A DNA stretch of 64,000 bases. It comes from Takakia lepidozioides (taxonomy: Eukaryota > Plantae > Bryophyta). The stretch's first letter is position 1. Each line of letters opens with the position of its first letter. The stretch is taken from the NCBI GenBank assembly GCA_030704615.1, contig CM060731.1:62186001-62250000 (forward strand), given 5' to 3'. Positions 47,496 to 61,600 of the stretch are shown in pieces. Both the position numbers and the translations under genes were made by a program. Under the pieces are notes generated by a model. The model was not told the DNA's origin. It did not search any database and worked only from the letters and a program-made list of their open reading frames with translations.

Positions 47496-49907
47496 TGCAG
47501 GCGGCAGAGAGAGGAGATAAAGATAAAGATAAAGTTTCTTTAACGTCCAGTGAATGAAGAGAGAGAGAGAGCGACCTTACAGCAGTTCAATGAAGCTTTT
47601 CTTAGCCTTCTACTGATATCCATTTATTTCTAGACCTAAAAGTCAATTGGAGGTTAACTTACCTGCCAGATAAAGTTCTCAACTTTAGGTTGTGAGAAGA
47701 GAATGGACAGTTTGGAGCGGTCAGCGGAAAAGCCGTGCACCATTGAGTGAGAAATTATGTCACACATCCTAGTTGAGGCCTCATACAGCCTCCGCATGCT
47801 GCCCTGAGAGAATCTGGGGTGTGGCAAATGCACGACATCTGATGACTCAATACCGCACTGTGGACACCACACACAAGTGTGGCTTAGTAATCTTCCACTG
47901 TCTCAGGTTCTAACAGATCAAATCTCTGGAAAAAGATATTCTAATTCATCTACAATTAGAACCTTCCTTTTACCCTATGAACAACAAGGATTTTAGCATG
48001 GTACATCAGCATTTACCGACGAGGTTTGGGGTCTGAGGACAAAGACTGCCACTACGAGCTCTGACGTTCATACCCAATCAATCAGTTACTGTAGCTGTCT
48101 CTGGGTGCACGTGTCAGATCCTCTAATGGAGGTGCTGACCCACAGTCCTCATGCGATTTAGCTCCACAGGGGCACTACGATTGGTTGCGGCTTCAGATAA
48201 TAAAACCCCCTGCTGTATGACATGAACTTTCATGATTTTTGATCGTTGTGAAGAGTTAAGCTCTTCCACGTTTGCAGACAATGAGGGTGGTGGGCTGTAT
48301 CCCTACAGGTTATTCTACCCTGCTTCCTTCCTTTTGGCTTCCAACTGAGCTCTAGAGGGCAGCAAACATTAGCTATCAAATCATTCCTCTTGCCTTGTCC
48401 TAATGCTTGCTTGATGCCAGCACAGATCTCTCTCAATAAGGCCCTGGTTAAATTTAGGAAATCTTTGATGCCATTGGGCATGTGAAGGTGTTTAACACAT
48501 TGGACTTGCGATCTGGTTATCACCAATTGCCAATCAAAGAAAGGATAATTTGAATCCACTTAATGAGGGTCCAATGTCGCAATTGTATATCCCAACAATA
48601 AAATAATTATGTATGTCTATACATATACATATGCATATGAATTCATGGATACGATATGTATATGCATGTGAAACATGTAGGCATGACCATACAATGAATG
48701 AGTCCTGGAAATGAACAAGTAGGTTGTTGGGAACAAGTGGGTGTTAACAACATAGTTGTTCCCCAAACAAGTGGGTTAACAAAGATGAAAGCATATTTGG
48801 AAGATGCTTTTATTTGAAGCATCTTTTTGTGATTCAGGTTGATATGGTTAGGGGTGTAGACGCACCCTGAGTTTGTGATGCGTTACACAGAGCTTCATTG
48901 CTATATAGGATATAGTTGATGTCTCATCAGTTATGAAACAGCACTCTCTAGTGTTCTTCCTCTTTTCATTGTTCTTCTTCAATGTGACCTTCCTTGATAC
49001 CTTGTCGTGGTTTGAATTGTTCAAACTCTTGCATGTGGCTATGTTGTATTATCACTCCAAAGTAAGTTCAGAGTTCACCCGGCTCACATTGATATACAAT
49101 TTTCTGAGCATGATGAATTGTGATGGGTTCCACCATCGAAGTGTTAAGAATCTTGTTGTTGGTATGATGTCCTTGGAAGTTTGAAACTGAGAGGAGGTGT
49201 AACCCTACAGCTGACTGTGTGCTTATGTTCTTTAAGCAACATGAAATTTCACGGATCGGATGTGCTATCACATTTCTGTCCTCGAATGTAACACTGCATT
49301 GCATATAGTCTAAACTCAAACAAAAAGTCATGATGCCGCAATAGTTGATTCTGCAGCCAGGAATGCAATCATATATATAAATTTCTGACAGTGGATGTAA
49401 TGCAAATGCTCTATGGACTTGGGGTACCACCAACATGTAATGAATAGGGTATGACGCACCTCAAACATTGAAAATGTGCTATTAGTACATGCATCCTACA
49501 TGGGCTCCAGGAAAGAGCAAAAGCATGTAAAACTACGTATGGCACTGACAGCGCCATTTTGAACAGTCTTCCACACTGCCTGCATGACAGGATGTGGAAT
49601 GAGAGCAGGAAGGAACAGCCTACACTGGTTTTATTGTCCACAGACAGTTGTAGGCACAGAGAACTTCAATTCTGGCATTGCTTGAGATGCAGGGATTATT
49701 CTCATCTTTCATGTCACTTCAAAGGACCAACAACTCTCAACCCGTTGCCAGGTTAAACAGGTTCTAACCTCACTGGCCTTGGTCTCCCATACATGCAGAA
49801 ACAGAAATTATTGTAGGGAAAGGGCATAGAGAATCCTAGAGTTACCTTCAAACCAGTTTCATATACTTGAGGAAGATGTTGATGCTTGACCGGACAGTAG
49901 GCCATGG

Positions 49908-52900
49908 TCAATCAGGCGACTCCCATATTAATTTGTTGCCATGTTGATTACTTCTAAATTCGTGGAGCGCATACTCACGTAATGCTGTCTCATTCACTTC
50001 ACAGAACCGGTGTGCCCACCCAGGCGGCTCCACAGCTTTAGTGCCCAGTCCAGCAGTCCTATCAATGTTCGCCATATTGCTCTCCTCCCCCCAATCAGAA
50101 ATGAATGTAGCTGCGCGGTGAACAAATTTACTTTCGAAATCCTCCCACACCTGTGGGAAAAGGATTATGAGGGGAAAAGCCTCACAAGAAGGAAGACTAG
50201 AGACATGAGGATAAGATGGGAAATGCATGTATGTGGCAATCAAAATTTTCCATGCTACCTTTTACAAGATACTTTCATAGATTACCTGGTACTTGTAGTG
50301 ATGAACAACAACGTCACCAAGTGATGCCCGTACTTCTTGATATCCTTCTTTCAGATCAAAGTAGTGAACACGGCTACAAAGTGTCTGGGCCATCGCCTCC
50401 AGTCTCACTATTGATTTGACACGCTTTGGAGCTCTCATTCTGCAGACATAGTTTACCATCTGCCCACTACTGGGAAGACTGACAAATCCCGAGGGTCCAA
50501 ATGTGAAGCATGGCACCTTCAACTGCCCTAGTTGATCACCAGCGGCGGTGTCATAATGGTCAAGCATAAGTTGTATGGGAGTGCTTGTCTTTGTAGAAGA
50601 GCCAGCATACTTGCCAACAGGAAGATTATAATGGGCTGTCCTGCCCTGGGTTTTCAATTCCTTTACCTGCACAGATAGCGCAGTTAGTCCATAAATTTGG
50701 TGCTTTGTGTTACTTTCAAGGGTATTCACCTGGAACACCTCATTGCAGTTTGACATCCAGCAATTTACAGAGCAGACCACACTATTCCCAGCACACAGAA
50801 TGAATGATCTATTAAATGTCCCACACAGAGCATCCTACCCATGTTGGATGAGGTATTAATAACATTGTACTGCCAAAATTGGATATATACTGCTCTGAAT
50901 GGACCTGGACAACATCAAATTTGACCTGAGGCTCCCGTGTAACAAATCTCATATGCATGTGAGGTTACATTCAATAGGACAGAAAAAGTCTTTCTTGGAC
51001 CTGACCAGCTGTTGCTGACAATTGGCAGGCTACCAGACCAATGGAAGTTCTCCTGTCAACAACAATTTCAGGACAAACTGGAAGACGTGCGTCATAAGCC
51101 CACTTGATTTTGACCTATTGGAAGCACAATCAGTATACAACACACCATCTCTTGAGAAACAATTCATGGCACAAATTTCATAGACATGTGTACCTTCAGT
51201 AAGTCGCCATCCACACCATCTCCTGGATTGACCTGGTTCCTACTAATGAAACTCCTAGGGAAGATAAATTCGTCAAGATCTAGGAAAGCCATCCAGTCAC
51301 ACACTGGCATTGCCATTAGTGCGCAGTGAGAGAATCCTGCTTCCTGGGTCTTCAGCCACGGCCATGCATGTCGGGTCACATTGAATCTGGATTGCAAGCT
51401 TTTGATAACCAGTTGAAGGTCGTCATCGCTGTTGTTATCGTAGATGAAAAATCTCTCCACACCCAGGTGGCCGTGGAAGATCACCCACTCCTTCAAAGAC
51501 TTAGCCCCGTTCCAGACCATGGTACAGGCACAAACCCTGCTCTTCTCTCTCTCCTGGAATTGGGTTTCATTGTTTGAGTCTATCTGTCTCGAGGTTCCTC
51601 TAAGAGGGGTAGAACCCCTAACTTTTCTGTTGCTACTGGAAGCTTTAACTGAAACGTTTTTCCTGGGGTTTATGAATTGATCCGGTCTAACGGAGGGGTA
51701 GTATCTTACAACAGAAGGAAACACTGTGCCATTTATAATTAAGCTTATCATCTTCCCAACATAGGAGCTCCTTCCTTCATTAGGGGGCAAAGAACACCGG
51801 AAATTTTCCTGGCAACCCGCAGTCACTTTAGTGTGAACTCCATCTCCAAAAATGCATTCCATGTCCTTGGGGACCACCCCCTTTTTCGTCTCCACAATTC
51901 CCTTTGCGAAAAGGAGGACATCTCTCTCATCTTCAAATTCTACCATGTTGTAGACCACTTTCTTCCAAAATATAAGCCCATAGTAAGCTTCGGAACTTTT
52001 CACATACAAACTTTTGGCCCCTCTACTAATCTCAATGCTCACTGGTTTCCCTTCCAAAGTTGCCTGCAAAGAATCCGCCGGATGCTCACACCGTACAGAG
52101 ACTCGGTCTATGGACACCACCTTAGTCTTCACATTACGATTATATAAACAGGCCATTTCCTCGTCAGTGTCTGTCTGAACACTGCCTGACAGTTCCCCAG
52201 CAAAAGTGGGATTTATAAGCAGGAGAACGTGTGAGGGGAAGGAAACAGCAGCATGGATAAAGGAGGTTTCAGTTATTTCCTCTTGGAAACGCTCCTGATT
52301 AGCACGGATTGACCAGTCCCTCAACAGCTTCAGGCATCCTGAGCGAGCCCAGCACCCTGTGATGGAAACACAAGCAAGATTGTCAAAAAGTGTCCACGAT
52401 ATGTAAAATGCAGGTGTATCAGACGGGTGAACATGGAGTATGTGGATCTGACAAGAAACTGTCTCGCTCCAGGAATGTTCTGATGCTTTGTTCACTTACA
52501 AAATATCTGTAGACACCATACCAGCTGCCCTTTTAGGGAGCATCGAGCATAACATTACAACCTCTGGGTGACACATTTAGTAACGGGTAAAACGAGAGAG
52601 ACGACAGACACTAGCAAATCATCAGTGCTTTCTGAAATATCGCCTTGAGATGTTATGTTTATAGTTCACTACAACAGAGACTTTCAAGATCTCAAGTGCA
52701 TTGGGATTGCTGTAACCATTCATTTCTGGGTGTCAGTGCGTGCCCGTGTAAGAGAGGAACAGGCATCCCAATTAAAAGAAGAAAAAACTTATGAAGAATT
52801 GGGATTGCTCTTGAGACACATGAGAACTTCAATTTTTTTAATTTTGACAAAAAGATTCTAAGCAAAGGGACCAAGCAATTCTACGTGCTTAAGGGTTTCA

Positions 52901-53111
52901 TCCACTCTCTTCCGCATGCATCACGGCTGATCGAGAATTGAACAGAGTTGGACAGACAACCTCCGAGGATGTGGGCATTCCAGAAAAGCAACAGGCCCAA
53001 CACCGCACCGCTCAACATTAGCAGAAGACGCACCGTCACAGATACACTCCACCAGGAGCGATGCATCCATCGTGCCTGTCTCCCAACCTCCCCCTTCTCC
53101 CTCTCCTTCAT
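49908..53111 (-). CDS. Glycosyltransferase family 92 (DUF23) type II membrane protein; apparently intact
   Basis: Exon 1 (~53111-52961) has a TM segment. Exon 2 (~52356-51233) has CACTMVWN, LKEWVIFH, FIYDNNSDD, WPWLKTQEAGFSHC and DLDEF (DxD). Exon 3 ends HHYKYQ (~50287). Exon 4 (50150-49908) has VWEDFESKF...GLGTKAVEP. Confidence 0.85.
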
Positions 53112-53919
53112 CCTTCGCACCTGTTTCTAGTGCAAACCCCAGTGGAAGCTTCGATCTTGGTGATTCGAGTGTTCCTGTTGCTGGAAAACAGGCAAAAGAG
53201 AATCTTTCCGGGACGAGCGAATGTTGAAGCATTATCTTCAAGCCAAATAGTGTCAGATAGAAAGATAGCGAGAGAGAAAGAAGAGGCGGAGGGAGGAGAA
53301 AGGGGGCCGTTGTGGGGGAGGATAGACATAGCCGGGAGAGAGTCCTTACAACTTCACGTAGTTTTCCCAAGATCAAGTTTCAGAGCGCCAACTGCCAAGG
53401 ATAAAATCTCTCCTCTACTCTGCGCCCCGAAGGAAATGGTAAAAAAGAGAATGAGAGGGACACTAGCCGTGGGGGTCAGGTAGAAAGAGAGAGGTGCCCA
53501 CGTTGGGCATATCAGCTGTGACAACACGAAATTGCACAGCTCTTCACCGGATCTGACCGCACATCACCTAATTGAAGCTCTGATACCCACCTCCCTCTAC
53601 GGATCACTCTTCACAGAGTCCCAATTGCCAAGCTAACAAACTCTGGACCCATCTCCCGCAACGGATCTGTCTTCAAAAGCCATCTCTCGGACGCCAGACA
53701 TCTTGGAACCAACATACGAAGGCACCTGCAGCTGACCATCAACTCAGTGCTCGTCATCTGCCGGCTAGCCAGTGCCCATTTCGGCCACCTCTTGCTAGAC
53801 AATCCGAAGCAAAAGAATTATTGTGGGCCAACTGCTCAGATCGCGCACTGCTTCCGGTCCCACAAGCAATCACTCGTCGTCACCTGCTCCAAGACTCGGC
53901 TGCACTGTAACGTCTCTCT

Positions 53920-54320
53920 GTCACGCTCTGACCAACGAGAACGACGTTTCTCGACGGACGAAATCAGCTTCAGTGCCTAGTACGACGAACGAAACCTCGA
54001 ACGAGATGTAGCCAAAGTTCGTTCCTGCAAAACTAACAGTGTGCGTAGTCGAACCTGGGACGCCCTGGCCCATCCCTTGGAAACTAATTTAAAAATACAT
54101 CGATTGAAGGAGGCTGGTGGATAAATGACCATGAACGATTGTGACGGCTTTTAAGTTATCCCATAACTTTTGCCCATAAAATTCTAGTCCCACCCCTGAC
54201 GAGTCGCGCGTGCGAAATAATAGATGAATATCGTGGATGATACAATAGATGGTGGGGTCACTCTCTCAGAGGTTGGATGAGATTTAAGGCTTCTGGATGA
54301 AAGATAGCTTTAGCCAGGGT
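53920..54320 (-). promoter_or_regulatory. Upstream region of GT92, homologous to the HNL upstream region
   Basis: Diverged direct repeat of 58040-58415 and 32820-33195. Confidence 0.65.
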
Positions 54321-54527
54321 TTTGTGGTATCCCAGTCGTACTTCCTTCATGGCCCCCACAAGATTATTTTTTCCTTGTTTTTCTTAATTTGATTAACTGG
54401 GCCTTTGTTCCTTTACTTTAAGGAAAAGAAAAAAGGATTAGGGTTCACAATTCAGAGTCCATTGAGTTTCTGTAAACAACTTACTCATGAATATGTGTTA
54501 TTCCACGAATGCTGGCGATAGCTCACA

Positions 54528-57287
54528 TTAAGCAAATCGCTCTTTCTCCATCACTGGATGTTCAAGAAACTTTATATATATCCACCTCCAAAACGCCAAG
54601 GTTTGTGCACTCCACTGACTTCTCAAGTTCACCGATGCGCTCGGGTAGCTCATGAAGCCCTTCACAAAACGAAGGTCGAACTTTTGCAGTAGTGGGAGGC
54701 AGCAGATCGACTCGGGCAGTTTCCTTAGCCCAACACAGCCATACAAGTTGAGCACTTGCAGTCTCTCAAGTTCCCCGATATGCTCGGGCAGCTCTAGAAG
54801 CCCCCCACAACCATGGAGGTCGAGCTCTTGGAGTAGTGGGAGGCAGCAGATCGACTCGGGCAGTTACCGAAGCCCGCCACACCCATACAAGCTGAGCACT
54901 TGCAGTCTCTCAAGTTCCCCGATATGCTCGGGCAGCTCTGTAAGCCGAAAACAGTAATTGAGGTCGAGCTCTTGTAGTAGTGTTAGGCGGCAGATCGTTT
55001 GCGGTAGTTTCTTTAGAGCTACACACTGACGTAGGCGTAGCTCCAGTAAAGATGTGAGATCCCCAATGCATTCTGGTAGTCTGCACATCTTCCTAGTACC
55101 ACTCAAGTCAAGCACACGTAACATCCTGAGATGTCCAAAGGATTTTGGCAGATCGGTGAATTCTGAATCACGTAGAAAGAGCAGTCTCAGTTGACTGGAA
55201 TGTTCCCCCAGAAAATACTCCACATTTTGCAGACTGCACTGGTCCAAATTGAGCAAACGAAGTCTGGGCATAATTGTACCCTCTGTCGTCGCAAGATTTA
55301 TTGCTGAGCCTGCCAATGAGAGGCCTTGTACAGTGAAACCCACCTGCACAAAATTGGAACAAAGGCATGAAATGCAGTGCTTTATTATAAATAGGTCACA
55401 TACATGATTGATTCACATGCGAGATCCACACATTGATATGCTACATCTGCTCAGTCATGTCCCGCCAGTACCAAAGTAATTTACGTCAAATTAACAAATC
55501 TGGCTGTACATAACTAAATTCTTGCTGGCCAACAGCACCACATTAGAACTGTGTGATCCATCACCTGTTTAGCTTGAAGGGCCATTTCCGCTGTCTCCAC
55601 CTCCCATAATCGGTCACCAAAAGGTAGGGAATTCTTTCTTGCAATGTCCCGACCCATGTCCCGCAACTGATCATGCATGGTCAGCACCTTCTTGTCGTTA
55701 TCTATTTTCACAAGCGATCTATTCTGGAGGTTTTTCAATCCAATCTTTGGTGACCAGGAACTCCATATCCGTAGCGCTGTTTCAAAAGGCATACCTTGTG
55801 AAAACCGGTTCCATGATTTCCTATCATAGCCCAAAAAGAGGCCATTGCAGAAGAAGCAAGCAATGTCCAAAAACATGTCTCGCTCCACCTGCCCTAAGGA
55901 ATCGTAACTAATTTGCAACCGCTTCCACAACTTCTCATCCTCATTATCCCCCTGCAAAGGCTGTGCCTTTCCCAGCCTCTCTAGTGCCTCTTCCCATTCC
56001 TCCAAATCATCACAAGTGCGAAGAAAAGCCCCCATGACCTCTAGGCTCAATGGAAGCCCCCCACAAGCAGCCACAACCGCCTTTGACATCACTTTTTGCG
56101 TGGTGAGAGTTTCTTCTGTAGGCCTCCACGATCAAACTCTTGATCACAAGACCCCCAAAGTTATGGCCAACCAGAACCATCGGGTTTCGTTTGCCATCAT
56201 TCCGTGCTCTGCTGCAAAATTGCAAACTGTGAGATTGTGCTGAACACAACTGCATAACATGGGACACCCGACGGTATGCATATGACAATATATCATGCAG
56301 TCCTTCTTATGACAGAGGATCCCCATAGATTTCCATCTCTGGAGCTGATTGCAAAACACAAGAAAGTCTATGTGCATTTTATGGAACTAGAGATGCTCCA
56401 CATCAAGCTAAAAACTTTATTTCGAGCCCCCAAATTATTAAGTTATCTTTGTTTTGAACAAAGACAAAGCCTGATATGTTTACTCTGATTAGAAGCTGGG
56501 CGCCAACCAGCTGGTGATCAACGATGGCTGATGCTTTCTACATGTATGACAGAAGCTGGCTATTGAGAAATGAAATGAAATGGTGCTTTATGACGTCGGC
56601 GGAAAGCTCATAGAGCTTATGGGACAAAATGGAAGAAAACATGAGAGAGGAAACAAAACCAGAACCCAAGAATAAGAACTAATGTTCTCGCGATTGTCTA
56701 AGGGTGAAGGCCTCGTGCAGGTAGGCTGCCAAGCATTTTTGATCCTCATAGTGGAAGACTTCAGTGAGAGATTGGGTTCCACTGAAGAAACAGTGGAATC
56801 TCCCACAGATCTCGTAGTATAGAGGGCAGTAGAAGAAGAAGTGTTCTTCAGTTTCAATTTCCAGGCTGCGCCCTATGCAAGCTGGACATGGGCGGTCCTC
56901 CCGATGCAGGTTTTCCCATCTGCCAGTCTCTATCCGTAGGTGGTGGGAACCCAATTGAGAGAAAGAGGTAGACTACCTGTTCACAAAACTCTCTAGAAGG
57001 CTCTTGCCAATGGTGCTCACGTCTTCGTTGTTGCCTCCCTCCGGTCCCATGTGTGCTGCTGCATCATATGAGAGAGAAAACACTCGCACTTTTCTATCCA
57101 GATCTTGGGGAAGCCACTTTGCAGGCCAGCAAACAGTCTGGTCACCGCGTTGGACCCAAGTGTCTTTCCAAGCTTCCACTCCCAAGGTGCCGAATTGCAG
57201 GCCATGAAAGAACACAACATCCAGACTTGTCTCGTAAGTCTCACCATCGGGCGGCCATAACTGATGAATCTGTGGTGTGCATTCCAT
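54528..57287 (-). pseudogene. HNL copy B with ~1.5-kb internal deletion and LRR stop codon
   Basis: Hydrolase exon 2 is joined out of frame at ~56092 to VMSKAVV, so the P-loop and kinase-2 are lost. TAA at 54864. Has more LRRs than copy A. Confidence 0.88.
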
Positions 57288-58504
57288 GAAAGGTGAAGAA
57301 AAAATTTACCCAACTTCAACTATTCAACCCACAACAAGACCTCAGCACGGACGTCACGTATCTATACGTCAACGGGATCCATGCACTGCTATCGCATTCG
57401 CTTTTTAGCACCTTCACATATAAGGACATCATGTCTCCCTGGACAGAAGGTGGAAACCTCCTTTGGCACAGGGGGTGCTGAAAGTCCGTGTGGTGAGACG
57501 GGTCCTGGCATTGTAGAGAGGGGGCTTGCAGTCCTTTTTTTGGCAACTAACAAGAAAAACAGCTGCAATGGTGTCGGCAAATTTGTCTCTAAGAAACTCT
57601 CCAAGATCATACTTTTCAGTGCCGTACTCACGTCCTTCTCGAACAGCATTTGCGAGATGGGGCGGTGAGTTCAATATCAACAGTAACGTGCAAGTTGACA
57701 AGGCTCTGCTTTCTTCCATGATGTTGCAAGCACGGATCTATGTGTATTACTTCCAACAGTACAGGTTAGAATCAACATACAAAGTGTGAATCTAGCTACT
57801 ATTCACCACTAACCTTGCCGGTGCTCACCATCGTGCGGGAGATGCTCTGCACACTGCTTGTGTCTTCAGTCCAGAGCTGCTACCGCCTCGGAACTCGCTT
57901 GTGTGAATCCCGCACGAAAACCTGTAGTGACATGCAGTTCTCCTTCCCCGTTTAGTGTGGCTTCCATAGTCTGCGCATAGAGAGCGGCAGCTGCAGCGTG
58001 AGGACCGCCTATGCCTTGCTTGCGCCGCACACAACAGCAGTCACGCTCTGACGAACGAGAACGACGTTTCTCGACGGACGAAATCAACTTCAGTGCATAG
58101 TACGACGGCCGAAATCTCGAACGAGATGTAGCCGTAGTTCGTTCCTGCAAAATTAACAGCGTGCGTATTCGAGCCTGTGATGCCCTGGGCCATTCCTTGG
58201 AAGGTAATTAAAAAATAAATTGATAAAATGAGGCTGTTGGTCGGATAAATGTCGGATCGCGGCGGCTTTTATCCGATAACTTTTGCCCATAGACCTGACT
58301 CGCGCGTGCGAGATAGTGAATGAATATCGTGGATGATACGATAGGTGCTGGGGCCGCTCTCTCAGAGGTTGGATGACATTTAAGGCTTCTAGATGAAAGA
58401 AAGGCTTATCCAGGGGCAAAGTAAATTTATTTACAGCAAAGAAACTTGCTGTAGAAACTTTATCTTTATCTTTTACAGCAATAGTATTAGTTACTTTTAA
58501 CGTC

Positions 58505-58554
<50 letters not shown>

Positions 58555-58637
58555 ACGGTTTACGTTTGTGGCTACAGTTCTCGTCTCGTGGTCGCTCGTA
58601 CTCTGTGTGTGTGGATTGCGTGAGTTCGCACTTGGCC

Positions 58638-61600
58638 ATGAGGGCCTGCATGTCCTACCAGGGGCTGGCAGGAGCGAAAGGAAGTCTGGCTCCCATCGCT
58701 GAGCCTGGGGTAGGTCGTCTATCGGTGTCTAAGGGGGGCTTGGAGGCGCAGTGGAGCACAGAGAAGCGTTGCTCTGCAGTGGTGTACTGGCCCCTCCAGC
58801 TCAGTGCTGTAAGGATTGCTTCAAGAGGAGGTTTCTTCAGCTCTGCATCCCCTTCCTTGCAGCAACGTCGCTGCCTTGGGCTTGGTGTTGTGAGCAGGCT
58901 CTCGTCTTCGCAAGGGCCTAGTTGGATTCACTCGCGGGGTTTAGGGTTTTTTCAATCCCAGGTACGTCTTAAGGGTGCCAGATTCAGCAATTTCCATTAA
59001 CCATTGTTTTGGAATTGAGAGGAACACAATTTTTTTACTCTCAATTTCTATCAAGTATTTGGAATACTTACTGCGAGTGTTTCCGCCTAATTGGTTTCAT
59101 CTTCATGTTTTATTTTTCCTTCCACATTCCCAATTTCTATTGTGGCATTTGAAAGTTCTCTTCATGTATTTCTTCTCGAATTCATCACATCGATTCTGGT
59201 TGCAAGTGTACTTAACAGCATGTTGAACTGACCATCAAAGGTATCATCAATGGTATTCTGGTATTAAAGGAGCAAATTTTATGCAATGTTTTTTCAGCTG
59301 AGTATATCCTATTCTGGCGGCAATGGTGTTCTACTCAGTGAGGTCTATCACGGTTGAAAACATCTCTTTAACTGGCTTCAATTTATCTCCACGCCGGACC
59401 TGATAACTTTTCTGCGTATTTTTTCCTGCATACGTCTATGTGCTGTTGACAAATAGTTGAAAATCAATGATGGTAGAATTGTGCCACATAAAATATTTAA
59501 TCAGAAAGTGATTATGATCTGCTGATTTCTTCACCACAACTGGGATGATGTCTGCTCGCACTGCTGGAGCTGTTGTGCATTCTTTGAAATCTTATCCAGG
59601 AAATGTGTGCTTGAACGAGAATGTGTTTTTTGTTTCAAGCTATAAGGATTTGAGTCTTTTCTGGATGGAACCGGAAGGTTGTGCTCTGTATAGCTCCATT
59701 GTCATTTCCAATAACAGTAAGCTTTTTGGCAGGTTGGACTCCTAGTGAATGCTGCAGGTAGTATCAGACCATGCCGCTGCCACGGTGGGCTCCCTGTTGC
59801 TAGCATCTCAAGTGCAATTCCAGCGGGTGCTGGAGGCGATGGTCATGGATTTGGAGGACAGGGAGGTGGGGGGGGTGGGGGAGGTGGAGGAGAAGGGTTT
59901 AGCGTGTCTGCCACCAGCCCTCTTGGTGGGGACCATGACAGTGAAGCTCCACCCTCCTCAGTCTCTGAGGATGTCATCATTCTTGATGTTGGGGTATGCA
60001 TTCCCTCCCACCTGTCTATGTTGTAGTTTGGTCGAGATTATAGTTACAAGCACAATATGTCAGCATGGTCAAAAGTGGGGACCTGGGGTTTCTTTTCCAG
60101 GGTTGGAGGTTTGGGACGGGGGCTGTGAGGGATACTGATTTCTGTTCTTGTGATAGCTACGCTAAATCTCCAGCTGTCTCCCTCTGTGGAAGTTAATAGG
60201 CACTTTGTTTCTATGTCGACAAACAAGGTTATGTGTGCTGCAGGGCATGTCTTGTGGTGGCTGTGCTTCATCAGTGAAGAGAATTCTGGAAGCTCAGGTC
60301 AGCCAGCCTCCCACATTTCATTAATCTGCATACATGTGATTCGCTGGACATGGCTCCAAGGTTGTGTTTGTCATCTTCCTATGTGCATTTTGGAAGTCAT
60401 TGTCACTAGTCAGGTCAGGTCCACCCTCGCTTCACAGGGTAGTCATAGCCGTCATGTGTCACAAATTGGCAGTCCTGTTATAGTAAATGTAGTTTTGTTG
60501 TGTTGGGTATGTGTCTTTGTCTACTGTCACTTGTGCTGAGGACTGCCTTGCTTGCAGGAGAGCAAGAAAGAAAGGAACTTAATAGTGTCCACAGGGGCCC
60601 TGGAGGCCCCATGGAACAAAGTAGAACAACAAGACAAAGAAAAACACTTATAATGTGCACAGGGGTTTGAAAGGGCCCATGGGAAAGTAGACAACAGAAA
60701 CCACTTCAAAAGACACCAATGACAGCCAAGCACATGGCACCTCATGTTGGTAGGCCGGCACTCTTTAGAGAGTTGATTTGTCTGCAGTACAAGCAGGCAG
60801 TGTAGAATAGTGTTGTGTTCAAAGGGTGGGAATGGCGTTCCATCTGATTTGTAGAAATTTGACAATATTTTCACTTTCCAATGTCATTTGGCAGCCACAA
60901 GTTACAGCGGCAACAGTCAACCTAGCAACTGAGACAGCATTGGTAAGGGTGGTTCCGGAGACCCCAGTTACAAGTGGGTGGGAGAAAACCAAGCGACAGC
61001 TGGCAGACATCTTAGCACAGCACTTGACAACCTGTGGCTTCAAGTCTACAGTCCGAGGTAGTTCCCTCTCTCAAGCACTTAGAATTTGATGTAAGGGGAG
61101 GCGACGGATGGAGCGATGGGGAGGATTGGATGTCTTGCAGAGGAAGGGATTGCCTGGGCTACAGTTGGACCCCATTGAAAACATTTCTCCAATTGGACAC
61201 ATTCATTACCATCAGTCGTTGTGACTAGAGAACTTGATTTCTTGTCCTCCATTCCTGTGACTGTTGTAATTGGAAGGAGATAAATTTGGCTCAGTGCACT
61301 GCTCAATGGAGCCTTTTTGTCTACTCTCAAGTGGATTTGAGGACTGGAGATGCTCTCAACTCTCCCTATCTTCAGCTCTCACAGTGAACTTGTAGAAAGG
61401 TTCACTCACAGAGTGCTAATTTCTATTTAGAAATACATCTTGCTCAAGGATGAATTTCTGGTCTCGGCACAAAGAGTGGTGATGCTGATGAAAAGTTTCA
61501 TATTTGAGTTTATTACAGTGCACTTGTTTTTAGTGCCAAAACTTGAGTTCGGATCCTGTAAAATCAGGACTATACTTAAAATTAAAAATCAGGATGAACT

